DNA of 63,910 nt, the filler included, from Globobulimina sp. (lineage: Eukaryota), in NCBI GenBank assembly GCA_003354225.1. It is 58 parts of 58 records of this genome, joined end to end, with 100 filler letters (N's around TTAATTAATTAA, not from the genome) between each part and the next. Parts side by side here need not be neighbours in the genome. Positions count along the whole stretch, not along the records: positions 58,496 to 59,498 come from PIVH01026111.1; positions 59,599 to 60,601 come from PIVH01026112.1; positions 60,702 to 61,704 come from PIVH01026113.1; positions 61,805 to 62,807 come from PIVH01026114.1; positions 62,908 to 63,910 come from PIVH01026115.1; 53 more parts are not named here. One strand, 5' to 3'. Shown here piece after piece: positions 59,023-63,910 of this stretch. How positions within the stretch are numbered: position 1 is the stretch's first letter; each line of letters begins with the position of its first letter. The notes under the pieces are model-generated. The model saw only the letters and a program-made list of their open reading frames with translations. It had not been told where the DNA came from and searched no databases. A program made the translations under genes and the position numbers.

Positions 59023-59598
59023 GAAAACGTCGAGATTTAGGACGAAAAGATCCGACCTGAAGTTGACAAAATTTCTGGATAACTAGCTCACTACAAGAAA
59101 ATCAAATTTTCATCATTTCTGAACAAACAAGTGAGCAAACAACGATTAGTGTCGATTAATCGCAAAAAATAAAAATAATTGAATAATTAAAACAGTAATA
59201 TTTTTTATTGATTGGTGGTGTTGAAAAACAATATTTGATGCAATCCGATCAAATCAATGCACTTTTAATACTAATTACTTTTTTCCTTTTTTTCACGAAG
59301 CGGATTTGTTTGGTGGTGTTTAAAAACACCTGGTAAAAAATAAAAAATAAATAAAAATATTGATGAATTAACGCATTATTAATATTCTTGTGAATCTGAT
59401 AATTTGCCCTATTTTTTCCCTTTTTTTTGCGGCAATAATGCGGCATTGATATGTGGTAAGACGCCGCCTGAGGCAATAATGGCATTTCCAAAGAATTTNN
59501 NNNNNNNNNNNNNNNNNNNNNNNNNNNNNNNNNNNNNNNNNNTTAATTAATTAANNNNNNNNNNNNNNNNNNNNNNNNNNNNNNNNNNNNNNNNNNNN

Positions 59599-60557
59599 GT
59601 TGAACAAAAGCTATTTCGAAATATATCAAAATTACAATACATTAAAATCGCAATAATGTAATCAAAATGAAATAAACTGCCATTTTTAATGCCGAATGCG
59701 TTGCATTGTTTGGCTTTTAATCGCTTAATTTCGTCCGTTTTGTTATAAAAATTTGTTTTTTCTCTTAAATCATTAAATTGTTGAATGGTGATTGGACATA
59801 TTTTATTGTGTAATAGTTCTAATTTGGTTGTCATATAATTTTGTTCAATAGAAAGATCACCGAAAGTTTTACCATTTGCGCTCCACGGATCTTGTAAATC
59901 GCGTTGATATTTGTAATAATCCCAATAATACCATGTGATGCCAAACACATTCATATCATCCAAAACATCGGTTTTCCGTTCTTCAACAATATGAATAAAT
60001 TTATTATTTACAAACCTATTTTCACCTAATAATGTGTACAAATTTTTTATTTTTTCTTTCATTATTTTATACATTCTCTCTTTTACGTGATCGATATCAT
60101 CATTTCTGCCATGATCATCATTGTCATCTTGTTTTGATTCCATTTGTTTTTGTTCGGAGTCAGTTAATTTAAATCCAACATCAAATGAATGAAAAAAATG
60201 ACAAAATACTCGATCAAATATCTGCTGGCAACTTATTTCAATGCTATTTTGTTCACCAAAATATAATTTTTCTCTCATATCCATATCCATTCTGTCTCTG
60301 TACATCCGTTGACATTCAATTGTTGACAGATTCGAATCACCCATTTCTTGTACCAGCAAATTATAAATCTCTTCAAATTTATCATCATAATTTAGCAATA
60401 AATGATAAAAATCATTTACAAACTCAACCATTCCGTAATTTGGTAGTTGCGTGATCTGTTCATATATGGTCCTAATACGAAATGAGTCGAGTGACTCATT
60501 CTCAATTTGTGATAAATATTCTTTGTACATTTTCAAAACATAAATAATTCTTTTCAA
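59599..60557 (-). CDS. N-terminal region of an ART-associated host family member
   Basis: FVNDFYHLL, IFDRVFCHFFHSFD, FGITWYYWDYY and IIAILMYCNFD; the last motif is shared with the contigs at 11041 and 14353. Confidence 0.55.
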
Positions 60558-60752
60558 GCATACATTTTCTGCAATATCACATAAATATTTGTTTGACGGC
60601 CNNNNNNNNNNNNNNNNNNNNNNNNNNNNNNNNNNNNNNNNNNNNTTAATTAATTAANNNNNNNNNNNNNNNNNNNNNNNNNNNNNNNNNNNNNNNNNNN
60701 NTTATATTATTTCAATGAAAATGAGGTATTTACTTCGCCGGAGTATTTAAAT

Positions 60753-61640
60753 TTGATACGAAAAGAATGCAATTGGATTAACAATGAATTGGTTAATTTA
60801 CCAAAACAATATTCGTCAAATAAAGAAGCAGATGAAGACTTATTGGACACCTTTGATGTATCACGCATTGAAAAGAAACATAAATACAGCCAAACCGTGC
60901 AAGAAGCCTTGGATTTATTCAACACTTGGCGCAAATGGCAAAATGGTGCAGAATCAGAATGGGTGCAACAGAAATCAGTGCAAGACAATGATTTGAAAAT
61001 ATATTCGAAATCTGTAGAGGGTGAAGCTATCGATATCATTAAAGGTGAAGTAACATTTAATTATCCGCTGGTGGTGGTAATTGGTGTTTTATTGAATAAG
61101 AATCATCGGCCAATTTGGGACGAAGGCTTAAAAGACATTCGATATTTAGAACGATTGTCATCGCTTTCCAGAACAGTGTATGCCACCATGCAAAGTCCGA
61201 GTTTTGTGACGGATCGCGAGATATTATCGGTTAGCTTTGCCTTCCCGATGGAGGATGGTTCGATTATTCTTGGTTCGAGAAGTATTGCTGAAGCGGACAA
61301 CGAGTATGAAGCCGAAATCAAAAATGATAATCATGTCCGGGCTTTTTGTAACTTGGCACTATGGCATATTCGGCCAGATTATGATTCCGGCAATTTACAG
61401 CAAACGAAAGTCACGTATTATACGCAGGTGTCGTTGGGTGGATATTTACCAAACTTGTTGGTGAACAAAGTAAGTGTCGATATTCCAATGTCTGCCTTGA
61501 AATTGAGAGATTATATCGGGACATTATCGGATGAGTTGCATAAACCGGGTTGTTTATGGATCCCTATCTATCCGTGTTTGCATGTGATTGGTGTTGATAT
61601 TAATTCTTTTTTTCAACCAGTCGAAAAGAGTGAGTTGTAA
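60753..61640 (+). CDS. START-domain (lipid-binding) protein, C-terminal part
   Basis: RPIWDE, SPSFVTDREIL, HVRA and TKVTYYTQVSLGGYLPNLLVN. Confidence 0.88.
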   Translation: MIRKECNWINNELVNLPKQYSSNKEADEDLLDTFDVSRIEKKHKYSQTVQEALDLFNTWRKWQNGAESEWVQQKSVQDNDLKIYSKSVEGEAIDIIKGEVTFNYPLVVVIGVLLNKNHRPIWDEGLKDIRYLERLSSLSRTVYATMQSPSFVTDREILSVSFAFPMEDGSIILGSRSIAEADNEYEAEIKNDNHVRAFCNLALWHIRPDYDSGNLQQTKVTYYTQVSLGGYLPNLLVNKVSVDIPMSALKLRDYIGTLSDELHKPGCLWIPIYPCLHVIGVDINSFFQPVEKSEL

Positions 61641-61859
61641 ATATATATAACTACATTTTATTAAATTTTTATTTTATTAATATTAATTAGTATGTCAATA
61701 CAGTNNNNNNNNNNNNNNNNNNNNNNNNNNNNNNNNNNNNNNNNNNNNTTAATTAATTAANNNNNNNNNNNNNNNNNNNNNNNNNNNNNNNNNNNNNNNN
61801 NNNNCTTGCGTTCTTTTACATTTTCCTTTTTGAGACGCACCACGGCAATGACTAATCAG

Positions 61860-61908
61860 TGCGGCAGTGCGGCAGTTATATGCGGCAGTCTATGCGGCAG
61901 TGCGGCAG
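61860..61908 (+). repeat. Five copies of TGCGGCAG
   Basis: Directly visible tandem/dispersed octamer. Confidence 0.85.
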
Positions 61909-62060
61909 GCTGCTAAATAGAACGTCGTCGGGCGCCGTTTTAAACTACAGCCAATTATGGAATATCTTTGTCTGTTTCGCAATTTATTGCGCGGTAAATT
62001 TTGTTTTATTTTCACAATTCTGTGAAAGAATCTCGCAAATCGCCGAAATCAGCAAGAATA

Positions 62061-62807
62061 ATGGATTTTGAAAATAGTAGTAATGCCGAAAACGCCGAAA
62101 ATGTTATTGATGATGGTAAATTTATGGAAATTACCTTTGAAAACTGTTTCGTTGACCAACACTAACTTTATTTTCAGATGTAGATGAAATGCAGCCTATG
62201 CTTTTCGGTGATCATCAAACAAGTACACCACTTAGACGTGCATCTTCGACATCAGTATTAAATAAATCTCCTATCATTACCGTCGATCTCACAATTGATA
62301 GTGCAAGCCCTGATCAACAGAGGTGATATTTCTTTGACACATTCCCCATATATCTATGATATACATACATGTTGTAGGGTCTCTCCACCTGAGAAAAGAT
62401 TGTGTGATCGTAACACCCCTCCTGATCATAAACGGTCCAAATCGTCTCCTAATAAGTCAAACAATCATTCTGATGTCTCACGTATTAATTCTTCGGACTC
62501 TGATAACGATTTTGTCACCCATTCTGCGGGTGTGATTCACAAATTGGCCACAAGTGCTCAATTCAGCGATGATTCAGAAGAAAATGAACCGCTGATAAAT
62601 GTATGTTACATATTTTAGCCAAATATTCATTTTTTTCAAATAAAGTGTTAAATAATTTGATTTCATTTCAGGACCCACAAAATTTACCATTGTTAGACAA
62701 GAAGCCTATCACTTATCTCAAAGTTGCGTCTCTAATGGCTTTTGATGTAGACAATATGCGCGATAAAATATGTTCATCTGTGCCTCAAGTATGTCCAGGC
62801 CGTTGTG
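62061..62807 (+). CDS. Hypothetical multi-exon gene, probably metazoan; introns 62116-62177, 62323-62377, 62601-62671
   Basis: GT-AG introns (two ending TTTCAG, one with CACTAAC branch point) keep a single frame. Confidence 0.55.
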
Positions 62808-63051
62808 NNNNNNNNNNNNNNNNNNNNNNNNNNNNNNNNNNNNNNNNNNNNTTAATTAATTAANNNNNNNNNNNNNNNNNNNNNNNNNNNNNNNNNNNNN
62901 NNNNNNNTATCTCCGACGTATGATAGTTATGTAACGTGTTTGGTACATTGGTAATGTGACTGTTGAGTTTTTATAGAACTGGAACTATTAAAATTAAGAG
63001 TAATAATATATGTACTATTAAAGAGTTATTTGGAACTGTTATACATTTTTG

Positions 63052-63910
63052 TTATATCACATGTTTCCCTAAAACAAACGGTGGGGACGGAGCTGGACTT
63101 TCTACCCTTCCGAATTTTGTACTAGTATAACTATCATCGATTGCAGCATATATGAGTGTTGCAAGGGAATGAGAAATATCCACATCGAATCCAAATAGTT
63201 GCGTCATCCAAACATAACATAAATCCTCTTTAGGGTCAATCGCAAACACAGTGTTCGCAGCACCGGCCCAACCATATGAACCAACCGATGGAAGGGGAGA
63301 AAAAAATCCACCACTTACAATTTGATTATCAATTTTTAGCCCAAATCCTAACCCAAAACCATCATTTTCACCAAATACAAACCTCAACTTTGAACGTTCA
63401 TTGATCACTGACAATACATTTTTATTTCCAGGCAGACGATTTTTCATCATATATTGAATAGTTTTCCTCGATAACAATCTGACACCGTCTAATTCGCCAT
63501 TATTCAATAACATTTTACAAAATAATAAATAATCCTTTAATGTCGACAATAAGCCGGCGCCACCACTTAAAAATAAAAAATCATCCGAATATTGCACTGT
63601 TTGTTGCAAACCAACCTTATATTCTTTAATTGCTTCATTCATCACAGGTTCATAATATATCGATGCTAAATTGTTTTGATTAATATCTCTCATTTTAAAT
63701 GAAGTACTTTCCATATTTAATGGTTTAAATATATTTTCTTTTAAATATACATCCAAGGACTGACCGGAAAGAACCTCAATCAAACGGCCACAAACATCAA
63801 TGGAATAGGAATATTCATATTTGCTTCCAGGTGCGAACAGTAACGGTAATTTTGCTAAATTATTTACAAAATCCTGCAAGGATCCAGGCGCAAAATATAA
63901 CAGAGAAGAC
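63052..63910 (-). CDS. Beta-lactamase-family serine hydrolase, C-terminal part
   Basis: PLLFAPGSKYEYS, IFKPLNM, SGGAGLLST and YGWAGAANTVFAIDP. Confidence 0.9.
   Translation of the reverse strand, partial: SSLLYFAPGSLQDFVNNLAKLPLLFAPGSKYEYSYSIDVCGRLIEVLSGQSLDVYLKENIFKPLNMESTSFKMRDINQNNLASIYYEPVMNEAIKEYKVGLQQTVQYSDDFLFLSGGAGLLSTLKDYLLFCKMLLNNGELDGVRLLSRKTIQYMMKNRLPGNKNVLSVINERSKLRFVFGENDGFGLGFGLKIDNQIVSGGFFSPLPSVGSYGWAGAANTVFAIDPKEDLCYVWMTQLFGFDVDISHSLATLIYAAIDDSYTSTKFGRVESPAPSPPFVLGKHVI

Overview
This is not a continuous locus. It is 58 unrelated contigs (36 of 1004 bp, then 22 of 1003 bp, so sorted by length) joined by an artificial 100-bp spacer, N44-TTAATTAATTAA-N44. Gene order across spacers therefore carries no meaning. 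Most contigs are AT-rich eukaryotic gene fragments with short GT-AG introns of about 55-105 nt. The gene content (TRAF zinc fingers, PLS-like PPR, F-box-like/RCC1, an ADP-ribosyltransferase-like family, H2A, DSP, START, S10 peptidase) suggests a rhizarian, probably foraminiferan, host; this is inference. Mixed in are bacterial/archaeal pieces (sqdB-like, MMPL/RND, EamA, flippase-like), a Mu-like phage baseplate gene, metazoan-looking DNA, two Polinton/Maverick fragments, CRE-like and Ty3/Gypsy retroelements, and one compact virus-like fragment (deoxynucleoside kinase tail-to-tail with an intronless Bcl-2 homologue). At least three contigs are chimeric, with both genes reading through a shared junction of about 20 nt. 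Best leads: (i) the virus-like Bcl-2/dNK fragment; (ii) introns whose two ends form long inverted repeats (Introner-like); (iii) a spliceosomal intron inside a conserved Polinton DNA polymerase motif; (iv) an apparently expanded R-S-E ADP-ribosyltransferase-like family and a NEURL4-type ART-SAM-Tudor fusion; (v) bacterial-type enzymes with eukaryotic targeting signals. All family calls come from recognising motifs by eye; no searches were run.
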